The notes: generated by a model from the letters alone, not told the origin. A stretch of DNA of 64,000 bases from Candidatus Vogelbacteria bacterium (GCA_903864935.1 CAIPHT010000007.1:16293-80292), one strand, 5' to 3'; positions 18,821 to 28,828 are shown, numbered from the stretch's first letter. A program made the numbers and translations.

Positions 18821-20197
18821 ATGGAAGGAATTTTAGACAACAAGAAACTCTGGGAAAATGCCCTTAATGAGATCGAGTTGTCTATCTCTAAAGCTAACTT
18901 CGGCACCTGGTTTAAAAACACCCACATTATTAAATGTGATGACGGAATTATTCAATTAGCTGTTCCCAATGCTTTTGTTCGTGACTGGTTAGCTAATAAG
19001 TATCACAAGTTCATCTTGAAAGCTCTCCGCGATATGGAAGATGGGGTAAGATCTATCGAATACGTAATTAGCCGCCCCGACGACCAATCATCTAGTAATA
19101 AGGCTAAGATTGGTGTCAACAAAGACAACCTTCTTAGTAATGACCTTGGTTTAAAGGATCTCTATATTAACAAAGAGAGTAATCTTAATCCTAAATATGA
19201 TTTTAGCACCTTCATTGTTGGATCCTTTAATGATGTGGCCTATGCCGCTGGTCAAGCGGTAATTAAGAATCCAGGGACTGTTCATAATCCACTCTTTATT
19301 TATGGTGGAACAGGTTTGGGTAAGACCCACCTTCTCCAAGCAATTGGCAACCAGATTAAAAAGAATAATCCTAATAAATCAGTTTATTATATTAGTTCGG
19401 AGAACTTCATTGTGGAACTTATTAGTAATATTCAGAACAATAAAGGTAATAGCTTTAAGGAAAAGTTCCGCAAATATGACCTTCTTATTATTGATGATGT
19501 CCAATTTTTCTCTAACAAAGAGCATTCTCAAGAAGAACTCTTCCATTTATTCAATCATTATTACGATAACAATAAACAAATTATCTTTTCTTCAGATAAA
19601 CCCCCTAAATTTATTCCTAACCTTGAGGAGAGACTGCGTTCACGCTTCGAAGGGGGGATTATTATTGATATTTCCAAGCCTGATTATGAATCACGCTTAG
19701 CTATCCTAAGAAATAAGAATAAAACCTTAGAAATAAAGATTCCTGATGAGGTTCTCGAGTATCTTGCTTCTGTTATTCAAGACAGTATTAGAGAACTAGA
19801 GGGTTCTCTTAACTCTATTATTCTCCAATCTCAGGCTAAAAATAAAGAGATTACCTTACAAGAAGTGAAGGGGATTATTAAGAATAATATCAAACCTCAG
19901 AAAACTATTTCTATTAAAGACGTTATGCATGTTGTGGCTGATTACTATAATATTGAAGAGGCAATTCTCTATGAGAAAACTCGTCGTAAAGAGGTGGTTA
20001 AACCACGACAAATTATTATGTATATATTAAGAGAAGACTTTAATACTTCTTACCCTTATATTGGCCAAAAATTAGGTGGGAGAGACCACACAACAGTTAT
20101 TCACGCTTACGAAAAAATAAAAGAAGAAGTAAAAAATAATTCAGCCCTTGTCCAAGAGTTAGAACAAATTAGATCACTTCTTTACGCTAATAATTAA
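18821..20197 (+). CDS. dnaA: chromosomal replication initiator DnaA
   Basis: NPLFIYGGTGLGKTHL, IIDDVQF, RELEG, GGRDHTTV. Confidence 0.98.
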   Translation: MEGILDNKKLWENALNEIELSISKANFGTWFKNTHIIKCDDGIIQLAVPNAFVRDWLANKYHKFILKALRDMEDGVRSIEYVISRPDDQSSSNKAKIGVNKDNLLSNDLGLKDLYINKESNLNPKYDFSTFIVGSFNDVAYAAGQAVIKNPGTVHNPLFIYGGTGLGKTHLLQAIGNQIKKNNPNKSVYYISSENFIVELISNIQNNKGNSFKEKFRKYDLLIIDDVQFFSNKEHSQEELFHLFNHYYDNNKQIIFSSDKPPKFIPNLEERLRSRFEGGIIIDISKPDYESRLAILRNKNKTLEIKIPDEVLEYLASVIQDSIRELEGSLNSIILQSQAKNKEITLQEVKGIIKNNIKPQKTISIKDVMHVVADYYNIEEAILYEKTRRKEVVKPRQIIMYILREDFNTSYPYIGQKLGGRDHTTVIHAYEKIKEEVKNNSALVQELEQIRSLLYANN

Positions 20198-20432
20198 ATT
20201 TCTGTTAATAACCTGTGGAGAAGATTGTTAATAAAAAGATATTAAAAACAGGATAAGTTATAGAAAAATAAAAATATTATTTTAGAAGTAAAATTAATCT
20301 TAAGTAATCAACAGTTGAATAAAATTTATTATCTCAAATATGTTGCCAAATAAAGATATTCTGAGTTCTCCACATATCCCCAACTATAACAATAATAAGT
20401 TTCTTTTTAATTAAAAATAATTTATAAATACT
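20198..20432. other. probable oriC (AT-rich, DnaA boxes)
   Basis: Very AT-rich dnaA-dnaN spacer with TGTGGAGAA (about 20214) and TTCTCCACA (about 20366). By eye the + strand is C-rich to the left and G/T-rich further right. Confidence 0.75.
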
Positions 20433-21536
20433 ATGAAGCTAGAATGTCTAAAAGATAAATTTAAAGATGCTATTATCTTAGCCGAGAAGATAAGTGGGCG
20501 TAACTTAACCTTACCAATTCTAAGTACTATCCTGCTTGAGACTAAGAATAAGAATTTAATAATCAGAGCGACAAACTTAGAAGTGGGGATAGAAATAGAG
20601 ATTCCGGCCAAGATTGAAACTAGTGGTTTAGTGGCGGTTAATGCGAGTATTCTCTTGAATTATCTTAATAATCTTACTAAAGAAGAAAAAATAACCCTTG
20701 AGCTAGATAATAATAATCTTAAATTAAGTACTGAATCAACCCAAACGATTATTAAGAGTCTGGCGCCTGAAGATTTTCCTATTATTCCTAAAATTGCTCA
20801 GGAAGGTGGTTTTGAGATTAAGGCAGTTGATTTTGTCTCAGGCTTACAAGCTGTCTCTTTTGCAAGTGCAGTATCTGATATAAAACCAGAGATATCTAGC
20901 GTTTATCTTCATAATGAGAATCAAGATTTGATTTTTGTTGCCACCGACTCCTTTAGATTAGCCGAGAAAACAATAAATAATATCCCTAATTTAAGTAATC
21001 TTAATATTATTATTCCCTTTAAGAACGTGAACGAATTGATTAGAGTTCTAACTAGTTTGGGGACGAACCAAGTTGTTGTTAGTTATAATAAGAATCAATT
21101 AGCTATCCAGACAGACAATCTCTATCTTACTTTAAGGGTAATTGATGGTAATTATCCCGATTATAAACAAATCATCCCAACCAAATTTAATACTGAATTA
21201 AATATCAAAAAAGAAGATTTTGTTGGGTTACTTAAACTCTCAACAATTTTCTCTGATCGCTTTAATCAAATTGATATAACCTTTAAACCAGATTCTAATA
21301 CACTAGAAGTTTTATCTCATAACCAAGAAGTAGGGGAGAATAAATCGTCTTTAGTAATTAAAATTAAGGGCGAACCATTAATTATTAGCTTTAATGCTAA
21401 GTATTTACTAGATTGCCTTAGTTCCTTTAGTGATAATGTAATTAATCTACGTTTTACTGAGACAAGTCGACCTCTAATGATAGAGGGGACAACGGATAAC
21501 TCTTTCCATTATCTTGTGATGCCGATCAATAAGTAA
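20433..21536 (+). CDS. dnaN: DNA polymerase III beta clamp
   Basis: ATNLE, VATDSFRLA, GNYPDY, FNAKYL, YLVMP. Confidence 0.97.
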   Translation: MKLECLKDKFKDAIILAEKISGRNLTLPILSTILLETKNKNLIIRATNLEVGIEIEIPAKIETSGLVAVNASILLNYLNNLTKEEKITLELDNNNLKLSTESTQTIIKSLAPEDFPIIPKIAQEGGFEIKAVDFVSGLQAVSFASAVSDIKPEISSVYLHNENQDLIFVATDSFRLAEKTINNIPNLSNLNIIIPFKNVNELIRVLTSLGTNQVVVSYNKNQLAIQTDNLYLTLRVIDGNYPDYKQIIPTKFNTELNIKKEDFVGLLKLSTIFSDRFNQIDITFKPDSNTLEVLSHNQEVGENKSSLVIKIKGEPLIISFNAKYLLDCLSSFSDNVINLRFTETSRPLMIEGTTDNSFHYLVMPINK

Positions 21537-21537
21537 G

Positions 21538-21789
21538 ATGGATAACTTCAAAGATCTCCTTAAACTTTATAGTCAAAAATTAAATAGTACTCAATTAATT
21601 ATTGACGAAATTCTAGCTGTTATAAATAAAGAAACCGGTCTAAATCTTAATAAAACAAATTTAGTAACCAGAGATGGTATTGCTTATCTTAAAGTTAAAC
21701 CAAAACAAAAATTAGAGATTATCCTACATAAAGACAGGATAATCTCTAATTTTAAAGAAGAAAAAATTCTAATTACTGACCTAAAGTAA
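21538..21789 (+). CDS. small hypothetical protein, possibly DciA/DUF721-like
   Basis: 83 aa, starts 2 nt after the dnaN stop; DGIAYLKV...KLEIILHKDRII...ITDLK. Confidence 0.6.
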   Translation: MDNFKDLLKLYSQKLNSTQLIIDEILAVINKETGLNLNKTNLVTRDGIAYLKVKPKQKLEIILHKDRIISNFKEEKILITDLK

Positions 21790-24226
21790 AAATGACTGTT
21801 TTGGTACTACTATTACCAGCTTGGTCATAAATAACAGCTTTTAGTTCATGTTTTCCTTTAGAAATAAGTGATTCTCCTGGGTTGAAAGCAAGAGAAAAAG
21901 GAGAATTTTTGGTTGATGTTAATTTATTATTATCAATAAAATAATCAACTTGAGATAAATTTAGATTACTAGGGAGAAGAAGAGAAATGTTAATATCACT
22001 TTGAAGTGAAAAATTACTTCCCTCTGTGGGGGAAAGAATATCAACCTGGTTGAGAAGTCTCACTTGATCTGGGTTAGGGGCACTCATAATCGTTTCTCCT
22101 CCTAAGCGTTGTGCTTTGGTCTTGAGCCATTGTTGAATAGGATATTCCCAAAGATTAAATTGCGGATCACCCGCTGGGTTACTTGGCCGTGGTCCCAAAG
22201 GATTATTTTTATCAAGCCAGTAGAGGATAGAATGAACATTATTATTAAGGACTTCTTGTCCGTTGATAATACTTGTCTCTCCACCTTGCCAATAACCACG
22301 AAGGACAGGCTTCAGACCGGCATAATTGACCACAGGGGGGATGAATTTCTCGTCTGGGGTGATAGCTAGCGCCTCCTTCATGACAGAGCTCCAGAGAGGT
22401 GTTAGGAGGTAACCAGCCACCTTCTTCTCCATTGGGGTGTTGTCACTGTTACCAGCCCAGGCCCCAACCACAACATTGGGGGTATAACCAATAACCCAAG
22501 CGTCCTTGTAGTCGTTTGTTGTCCCCGTTTTAACAGCCACCTGACGATTACCAAACCAGAGGTTAGAGTGGACACCATAAGCAGGAGCACGCGCGTTGTC
22601 ATCAGCCAAAATATCCGTTATTAATCTAGCGGTATTAACAGGAAGAACAACCTCATTCTTATCCTGATACTCTTCTATTTTGTCGCCATTTGGCCCAAGA
22701 ACACTAAGAACACCAACGGTGGCATGTTTAACTCCATCAGTGGCAAAGGTGCCATAAGCACCAGTCATATCGAGGAGAGAGACTTCACCACCACCCAAAA
22801 CGAGGGTTAAACCATATTGATTTTTATCACCAAGATTAGTAATTCCCATTTTTTTGGCTAAATCCAAAGCATCATTAATCCCAACGAGGTAAAGTAATTT
22901 AACCGCTGGGATATTGCGTGATTGGCCAAGAGCCTGTCTTAAGGTTAAGGGTCCGGGGAATTTTAAGTCATAATCATTAGGGGAGTAACATTTTGCTCCA
23001 GCGGTGAGCGGTTTGCTGGTAGGACTACAATTAGTATTAAATTCAGTTTTGAGGTCAAAAAGAACGGTCTGGTCAGTATAGCCTTTATTGAAGGCAGCGG
23101 CATAAACAAAGGGTTTGAAGGAAGAACCTGGTTGGCGATAAGCCGTGGCCACATTGAAATTACCACTAATTGCTTGGTTGAAGTAGTCACGCGAGCCGGT
23201 AAAAGCAAGAATTTGCCCTGTTTTCGGATCAATAATAACAATACTATTATTCTTAGCATTAAACTTGGTCTCGTTCTCGGTACCATATTTCTTAGCTAAT
23301 TCCTCAACTTTTTGTTGTAGATCCCAATTGATAGTGGAGATAACTTTGAAATCGTTATTCTCAATATTATCTAAGCCATAACGCTCAGCTAATTGATCCT
23401 TAAGCCAGAGAACAAAGTGAGGAGCCTTGATTCCCTGATTGATCTTCTCGTAGAAGGCGACTCGCTCTTGTTTAGCTTTATTATAATCAGTTTGAGAAAT
23501 GAGCTTGAGATCTAACATACGACTTAAGACCAAATTCTTTCTTTGTTCTAGTTTGGCTTTATTTGCCCCATAAGGAGAGTAATAATTAGGGGCTTGGGGC
23601 ATCGAGGCTAAATAAGCAGCCTCCGCGAGAGTAATCTGGGTAATATCTTTATGGAAATAGGCTTTAGCGGCCTCTTGAACCCCATAAATATTACCCCCAT
23701 AAGGAGATTGATTAAGATAAACATTCAAGATCTCGTCCTTCGTCATATTATTCTCCAGTTTAATTGAGAGAATAACTTCTTTAATCTTGCGAGTAATCGT
23801 CTTATCGCGTGTTAGAAGAGAATTTTTTACTACTTGCTGGGTGATTGTAGAGCCACCTTGTTGGGCCCCGCCAGAGACGAGGTCAACCAATAAGGCTCGG
23901 GCGATTGAGGTTGGTTGAATTCCTTTGTGTTGATAGAAACCAGCATCTTCGATTGCGATTGTGGCGTTCTTCATAATTTGGGGGATGGTCTGGAAAACGA
24001 CCGGAGTACGACGAACCCCTTTAACATCATAGAGCAAAATTTGACCAGTCCGGTCATAAATTTTCATTGACCGCTCAGCAATTTGTTTGGTGAAGAAGGT
24101 CTCGAAATCAGGCACCGGGAGAGTGATAGCCCAAATGGTAGTAAAACTACTCAAAAGGAGAAAAGCCGTGATAACAAAGAGGATTAAACTATAAATTTTA
24201 CTAAGATTATTTTTATGTTTAGACAT
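21773..24226 (-). CDS. class A penicillin-binding protein with C-terminal Ig-like domain
   Basis: AIEDAGFYQH, GGSTITQQ, RKIKE (transglycosylase); SSFK, SRN, KTGT (transpeptidase). Confidence 0.95.
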   Translation of the reverse strand: MSKHKNNLSKIYSLILFVITAFLLLSSFTTIWAITLPVPDFETFFTKQIAERSMKIYDRTGQILLYDVKGVRRTPVVFQTIPQIMKNATIAIEDAGFYQHKGIQPTSIARALLVDLVSGGAQQGGSTITQQVVKNSLLTRDKTITRKIKEVILSIKLENNMTKDEILNVYLNQSPYGGNIYGVQEAAKAYFHKDITQITLAEAAYLASMPQAPNYYSPYGANKAKLEQRKNLVLSRMLDLKLISQTDYNKAKQERVAFYEKINQGIKAPHFVLWLKDQLAERYGLDNIENNDFKVISTINWDLQQKVEELAKKYGTENETKFNAKNNSIVIIDPKTGQILAFTGSRDYFNQAISGNFNVATAYRQPGSSFKPFVYAAAFNKGYTDQTVLFDLKTEFNTNCSPTSKPLTAGAKCYSPNDYDLKFPGPLTLRQALGQSRNIPAVKLLYLVGINDALDLAKKMGITNLGDKNQYGLTLVLGGGEVSLLDMTGAYGTFATDGVKHATVGVLSVLGPNGDKIEEYQDKNEVVLPVNTARLITDILADDNARAPAYGVHSNLWFGNRQVAVKTGTTNDYKDAWVIGYTPNVVVGAWAGNSDNTPMEKKVAGYLLTPLWSSVMKEALAITPDEKFIPPVVNYAGLKPVLRGYWQGGETSIINGQEVLNNNVHSILYWLDKNNPLGPRPSNPAGDPQFNLWEYPIQQWLKTKAQRLGGETIMSAPNPDQVRLLNQVDILSPTEGSNFSLQSDINISLLLPSNLNLSQVDYFIDNNKLTSTKNSPFSLAFNPGESLISKGKHELKAVIYDQAGNSSTKTVIFTLGQ

Positions 24227-24274
24227 TTTTCTATCCTAGCACATTTTGCGTAAAAAGATAAGTGTGGTGTTATT

Positions 24275-24322
24275 AATAAAAAGACCAGGCTGACTTTATT
24301 TAGTCAGCCTGGTCTTTTTATT
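24275..24322. terminator. intrinsic terminator (21-bp stem)
   Basis: AATAAAAAGACCAGGCTGACT-ttattt-AGTCAGCCTGGTCTTTTTATT. Confidence 0.85.
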
Positions 24323-24333
24323 GTGAGACGATT

Positions 24334-24492
24334 TTAAAATTCTTCGTCAAAATCTTCCCCCCCCCCTTCTTCTTCGTCAGCAACCATATCTGGATCGTCC
24401 AAAAGGGGATCATCTAAGTCGATATCTTCAGCAATTGGGGGGGTGACAGTATCATCGTCACTACCCATAATTATTTGATCATCGTCAGGCAT
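24334..24492 (-). CDS. 52-aa extremely acidic peptide
   Basis: MPDDDQIIMGSDDDTVTPPIAEDIDLDDPLLDDPDMVADEEEGGGEDFDEEF; AT-rich leader, strong terminator directly after the stop. Confidence 0.7.
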   Translation of the reverse strand: MPDDDQIIMGSDDDTVTPPIAEDIDLDDPLLDDPDMVADEEEGGGEDFDEEF

Positions 24493-24591
24493 TTTTTTAA
24501 AAAATTATTTTTATAATAAAAACTAAACTATTACTTTTTAACATATCGGTATTTTTTTGCAACTTTTTACCTGCTAGTTTGGGGATAACAT

Positions 24592-25071
24592 TTATTTGGG
24601 TGGATGATAGATGGCTAAGTGGGTAAGAGCAATAGCGATCGCGTCATACTCGTCATCATATTTTACTTCCTTAGAAATTTTGATTAAACGAGGCACCATC
24701 TCGGCCACCTGTTTTTTGTTGGCATTACCATAACCAGTAACCGTGAGTTTTATCTCTGGCGGGGTATATTCGAAGAGGGGGATATGATGCTTGGCCGACA
24801 GATATGATATCACCCCCCGTGCTTCAGCTACAGCCATAGCCGTCTTTTGATTGACGGTAAAATAGAGCTTCTCGGTGGCCACGGTATCGGGCTTATACTC
24901 TTTTATTAATTTTTCTAACTCACTTCCCACTGACAAAAGCCTCTCGCCAAGACAGTCTTTATTAGAAGAAAGAAAACAAGCAGAAAAAACCAACTCCTCT
25001 TTGCCGTTATCTTTTTTTATAAGAGCGACTCCGAGACGATCATAACCAGGGTCAATGCCTAGAACTAACAT
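24592..25071 (-). CDS. ruvC: Holliday junction resolvase RuvC
   Basis: LGIDPG, AEARGV, GYGNANKKQV, DDEYDAIAIA. Confidence 0.96.
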   Translation of the reverse strand: MLVLGIDPGYDRLGVALIKKDNGKEELVFSACFLSSNKDCLGERLLSVGSELEKLIKEYKPDTVATEKLYFTVNQKTAMAVAEARGVISYLSAKHHIPLFEYTPPEIKLTVTGYGNANKKQVAEMVPRLIKISKEVKYDDEYDAIAIALTHLAIYHPPK

Positions 25072-25100
25072 TTTATTTTTTTATTTAGAATAATTAGAAA

Positions 25101-25640
25101 TTAGGTCAATTCGGCATTACTAAAGACATTCTTGATATCTTCGTGTTCTTCAATTTCTTCAATTAGGCCAGAGAGTTTTTCTTGATCGGCTTCTGAGAGG
25201 GGAATCATCGCTTGAGGAACGAAATTCCCTTCCTCATCTTTGGTAAAAGCCCAAGCGGTGGAACCTTGGGTACCGAGGCTCCCGCCGTGTTCGGAAAGAA
25301 TATGTTTAATCTCTGGTGTTGTTCTGTTTTTATTGTCTGTCACTCCGGTAATAAGTAGAGCCACTCCGGCTGGACCATAAGCCTCATAGGTGACCTCTTC
25401 GAAGTTCTCAGCGCCGCCGCCAAAGCCTTTTTGCACAGCGCGTTCAATATTATCAAGAGGCATATTGGCGTCTTTGGCACGAATAATCGCTGCTTTGAGA
25501 CTTGGAGCCTCTTTATTACCACCAGCGCGCTTAGCCTCCATGGTAATCATTCGCACGAGCATTGAGAATAACTTACTGCGCTTAGCATCTGTTACCCCTT
25601 TCTTGTTCTTAATCTGTGACCATTTATTATGTCCACTCAT
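25101..25640 (-). CDS. yebC: YebC/PmpR family protein (short form, 179 aa)
   Basis: MSGHNKWSQIK, YEAYGPAG, TDNKNRT; middle domain absent. Confidence 0.93.
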   Translation of the reverse strand: MSGHNKWSQIKNKKGVTDAKRSKLFSMLVRMITMEAKRAGGNKEAPSLKAAIIRAKDANMPLDNIERAVQKGFGGGAENFEEVTYEAYGPAGVALLITGVTDNKNRTTPEIKHILSEHGGSLGTQGSTAWAFTKDEEGNFVPQAMIPLSEADQEKLSGLIEEIEEHEDIKNVFSNAELT

Positions 25641-25713
25641 ATAGTTTGTAGTATAGCGTATTTGATATAGAGGTAAAGAGCGAAAATTTTGCAAAACATG
25701 TTAAAATAAAAAC

Positions 25714-26322
25714 ATGAGATATGCTTTTATTGATGTTCAGAATACTATGGGGACAGTTAATCAACTCTTAAATTTCTCTATTGACTGGGGAAAACTTATC
25801 AGGCACCTAAAAAATGAGAAATGGGATTGCGCAAAAGTTTTTTATTACAAAGGCCGAAGAAAAGGCGAAGAAGAAGATAAAAGAATCCAAGACCTAGAGA
25901 ATTTGGGCTATATCGTTCGCAGTAAACTTACCCATATCCACCCAGATAAAACATTCACCCAAAAAGGTTTTTGCCAAAAATGTGGGGCAGAGACAGAGTC
26001 AAAATATATTATTAAGGGAGACCATAAATCAAATTGTGATGTTGAATTGACGGTAGATGCTTTAAAAATTGCGTATGCCAATAATTCGGAAAAAGAATTT
26101 TTGATTTTTACTGGTGATGGCGACTTCCGTTTCTTAATTGAAGCCCTTATTGAAAAGGGGATAAAAGTTATAATTATCTCTAATACTAAAAAGAATAGTA
26201 ACGGCGACAAGAGGTTCAGCACTAGATTAAGAGATTTAATCAAACAAGAAGAAAATAAGGGTAAATCAGGCCTAGTTGATTTTATTGATATTAATGACTG
26301 GAAACAGAGTATAAAAATATAA
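25714..26322 (+). CDS. NYN (LabA/PIN-like) ribonuclease with CxxC insertion
   Basis: AFIDVQN, KSNCDVEL, FTGDGDF; CQKC insertion. Confidence 0.85.
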   Translation: MRYAFIDVQNTMGTVNQLLNFSIDWGKLIRHLKNEKWDCAKVFYYKGRRKGEEEDKRIQDLENLGYIVRSKLTHIHPDKTFTQKGFCQKCGAETESKYIIKGDHKSNCDVELTVDALKIAYANNSEKEFLIFTGDGDFRFLIEALIEKGIKVIIISNTKKNSNGDKRFSTRLRDLIKQEENKGKSGLVDFIDINDWKQSIKI

Positions 26323-26362
26323 AAACAAACCGCCCTCAAGCGTGGCGGTTTGCGAATGATGT
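26321..26362 (-). ncRNA. putative short hairpin RNA convergent with the NYN gene (hairpin can also act as terminator)
   Basis: Minus-strand TTGACT(26394-89)-16 nt-TATTAT(26372-67) with TG, followed by stem CAAACCGCC/GGCGGTTTG and a U-run. Confidence 0.45.
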
Positions 26363-26404
26363 AATAATAATAGCAAGGTGCTGGCAAAAGTCAAGTAGTA
26401 GATA

Positions 26405-26466
26405 TAAAAAGAAAAGGGTACCTAAGGCACTAACACCTTTCGGGCCCCCTCTTCGTCTTAATATGC
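26405..26466 (-). ncRNA. putative NYN-associated three-way-junction small RNA, copy 1
   Basis: Minus-strand TTGAAT-18-TAGGAT promoter; GAAGAGGG..CC-GAAA-GG..CC-TTA-GG..CCCTTTTC; similar to 40236-40286. Confidence 0.55.
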
Positions 26467-26544
26467 TGAGTATCCTAACAAAAGCAGGTCACTAGATTCA
26501 AGTCTTCTAACCAAAATGAAAATCCTTGTAGTGGAAAATCTTAT

Positions 26545-27087
26545 CTAGGTCGTTTCCTCAATAATTTCTCCTGTTTCCGGCACTCTTTCTCCAACCTTAA
26601 CCTTCTTTATTGACACGCCTTCTTTGGGGTAATATTTTTTCCACTGGCCCAAGGCTTCTTCCTTAGAGAGCTCTATCCCGTCGGCGACACCGCTTATTGT
26701 CTCCGTGTCTATGGCCATAAGTTCGCTTCCTTCTTTTATGTTGGCTGTGATGATTATATTATGTTCCCCCTCTTCATCCGTTTCCATTATGCTCATAAAT
26801 ACCTTAGTCTTATCCTCATTTGTCTCTATATTAACACTGCGTTCTACTCTTGCTTCATAAATGGGTTGTCTTTTTTCTTCGCCGGTTTCTTCGTTGTAGC
26901 CTTGGCCATGAACACCGTATTTTTTCCTCAGTTTGTCCAGCTCCTCATTACTTTTTTCTGCACTTTGTTTGTCTCTTTCTTTAAGATAATCCGTCATTGC
27001 ATGACCTTCTTTTAGAATCTCCAAAGGGGATTTGGCCCCCGGGGTCGACTTTTGTTGTTCTGGGACACCAAAATTTTCCATTGACAT
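26545..27087 (-). CDS. acidic hypothetical protein
   Basis: 180-aa ORF, no recognised motif. Confidence 0.7.
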   Translation of the reverse strand: MSMENFGVPEQQKSTPGAKSPLEILKEGHAMTDYLKERDKQSAEKSNEELDKLRKKYGVHGQGYNEETGEEKRQPIYEARVERSVNIETNEDKTKVFMSIMETDEEGEHNIIITANIKEGSELMAIDTETISGVADGIELSKEEALGQWKKYYPKEGVSIKKVKVGERVPETGEIIEETT

Positions 27088-27197
27088 ATTATAAAATAGT
27101 TATTTTGATAAAAACTAGCGACATTGTCATTTTACCATAATCTCTGTTTTTGCTAAACTGTGGTCAGATATTATAAAGTCTAATTTAACACAAATTT

Positions 27198-27623
27198 ATG
27201 TCTAATTTTGAATTTATCCCAGATCCAAGTAAAAATGAGCCCAAGGGTGAGACTCATGTCGAATTCCCTAAATGGGATAAAAATACGGGCTTTGATCCGG
27301 ACTTAAGTAAAAATGAGTCTACCCCAAATAATAAAGAGGATAAGCCTTTAGAAACGGGGAATTTTCAAGTTAAGAAGAAGGAGGAAGAGGCTAGGGGTGC
27401 ATTGTTGGGGGTTTATGGTGATATCGCTGGCGATCTTAATAAAACCCTAGAGGAGCAAGCTAAAGACAATGATGATTTTATTAAAAGAGAGTTAAAAAGA
27501 CTGGGGAAAGATCCCGCTGAATTTGAAAGAAGAGCGGCTAAATTGGCTTGGCAAAACAAAACACTTGGTCAAAAAGCCTCTAGTATTTTCAAGGGTCTGG
27601 GGAAGAAGCTTTCTGGTAAATAA
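27198..27623 (+). CDS. hypothetical protein
   Basis: 141-aa charged ORF. Confidence 0.7.
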   Translation: MSNFEFIPDPSKNEPKGETHVEFPKWDKNTGFDPDLSKNESTPNNKEDKPLETGNFQVKKKEEEARGALLGVYGDIAGDLNKTLEEQAKDNDDFIKRELKRLGKDPAEFERRAAKLAWQNKTLGQKASSIFKGLGKKLSGK

Positions 27624-27628
27624 TTTAC

Positions 27629-28828
27629 ATGGAAGGTTTACCAGGGGAAAATATTAGCAATAACGAGGGTTTAGAAAGAGCTGAAAAGTTGGCCCGAAAG
27701 CTTATTGGCTTAATGACAGCTAAGATTGGGATTAATATTCCTGAAGAAAATTGGCCTGAAATAAAAATTTCCCCAGAAGGTTACAATACTTCTGCGTATG
27801 ACAAGAAAGACAATGTTATTTATCTAAACGAGTCACGCTTAGGTAGTGGCATCACTTACGGCGAAGAAATAGGGCATTTCATCAGATGCTATTTTGAGAG
27901 AGAAAATGGAGAGGCCGATATTTTTTGGGGTAATCCCAAGGTTGCGGTTGATGAATTTTATGGCCGTTTGGGTGAAAATATTGCCCGAGAAGTTTCCATG
28001 GGCACAGAGTTAGAAGTGCTCTTTGGCGAAGAGGACGAACGCAAACATTTTAAAGATGAAAAACTTGAAGAGGAAATAAAAAATGACATTAACAAGACAA
28101 AACCACTTTTAGATAAACTCGAAGAAGTGGCAAGAGCTAATCGTGAGGGTAAAATTAAAATAGCTGACAATATTAAATCATTTTTTGCTAAGCTTAAAGA
28201 TGCCGAATTGCTGTGCCAAGAAGCGAAACAACAAAAAATGTCTCCGGCTGAGTTGGGAAAAGAAGTTCTTAGTCTTGTCACCGAAGGCAGTGGAGGAAGA
28301 GAAGAATTAGCCGTTTTGGCCAAGTCCTTAATTAAAGATGGTGGTTATCCCGATTGGGCCCAGGGTCTGTTTGATGTTCTTACTGCGGCCGAAAAAAATC
28401 TCGCCGCCTTTAAAAGCAAGATTGAAGAAATGGGGTCATCTAAAGATGATAGTTTATACACTTTCCTCGAGAGTGATATTTGGTTTATAAAATCAAGCTG
28501 TAAAATGGCTATGATGAAATTATCAAACTTGGACCAGAGACTTGGTGGTATTGAGATGATAAATAACGCTCAGGTTAGCCTCCACCACACCATTGGGTAT
28601 GCTGCCGCTGAGAAATATATGCAGAAAGATCCTGATTGGCTTAGCAAGATACCCGTAATTTTTAAATATAAAAACAGGGAGGCGTTGGAAGAATTTATTG
28701 AAAATGATGATTTTCAGGATTGGCTACAGAGCAACGAATCAATGACCGTGTTAAAGGAAATGATTGAACAGTTAAAAAGAATTAGTGACTTGTCTATTTT
28801 CCCTTCAGAAGAATACGATTTAGACTAA
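27629..28828 (+). CDS. hypothetical protein with zincin-like EExGH segment
   Basis: 399-aa ORF; [13 protein letters not shown]...YGEEIGHFI. Confidence 0.7.
   Translation: MEGLPGENISNNEGLERAEKLARKLIGLMTAKIGINIPEENWPEIKISPEGYNTSAYDKKDNVIYLNESRLGSGITYGEEIGHFIRCYFERENGEADIFWGNPKVAVDEFYGRLGENIAREVSMGTELEVLFGEEDERKHFKDEKLEEEIKNDINKTKPLLDKLEEVARANREGKIKIADNIKSFFAKLKDAELLCQEAKQQKMSPAELGKEVLSLVTEGSGGREELAVLAKSLIKDGGYPDWAQGLFDVLTAAEKNLAAFKSKIEEMGSSKDDSLYTFLESDIWFIKSSCKMAMMKLSNLDQRLGGIEMINNAQVSLHHTIGYAAAEKYMQKDPDWLSKIPVIFKYKNREALEEFIENDDFQDWLQSNESMTVLKEMIEQLKRISDLSIFPSEEYDLD

Noticed and set aside
18552-18867. ORF-track calls 18552-18782(-) and 18571-18867(+)
   Set aside because: The real gene here is rpmH (18556-18690, minus) in another frame.
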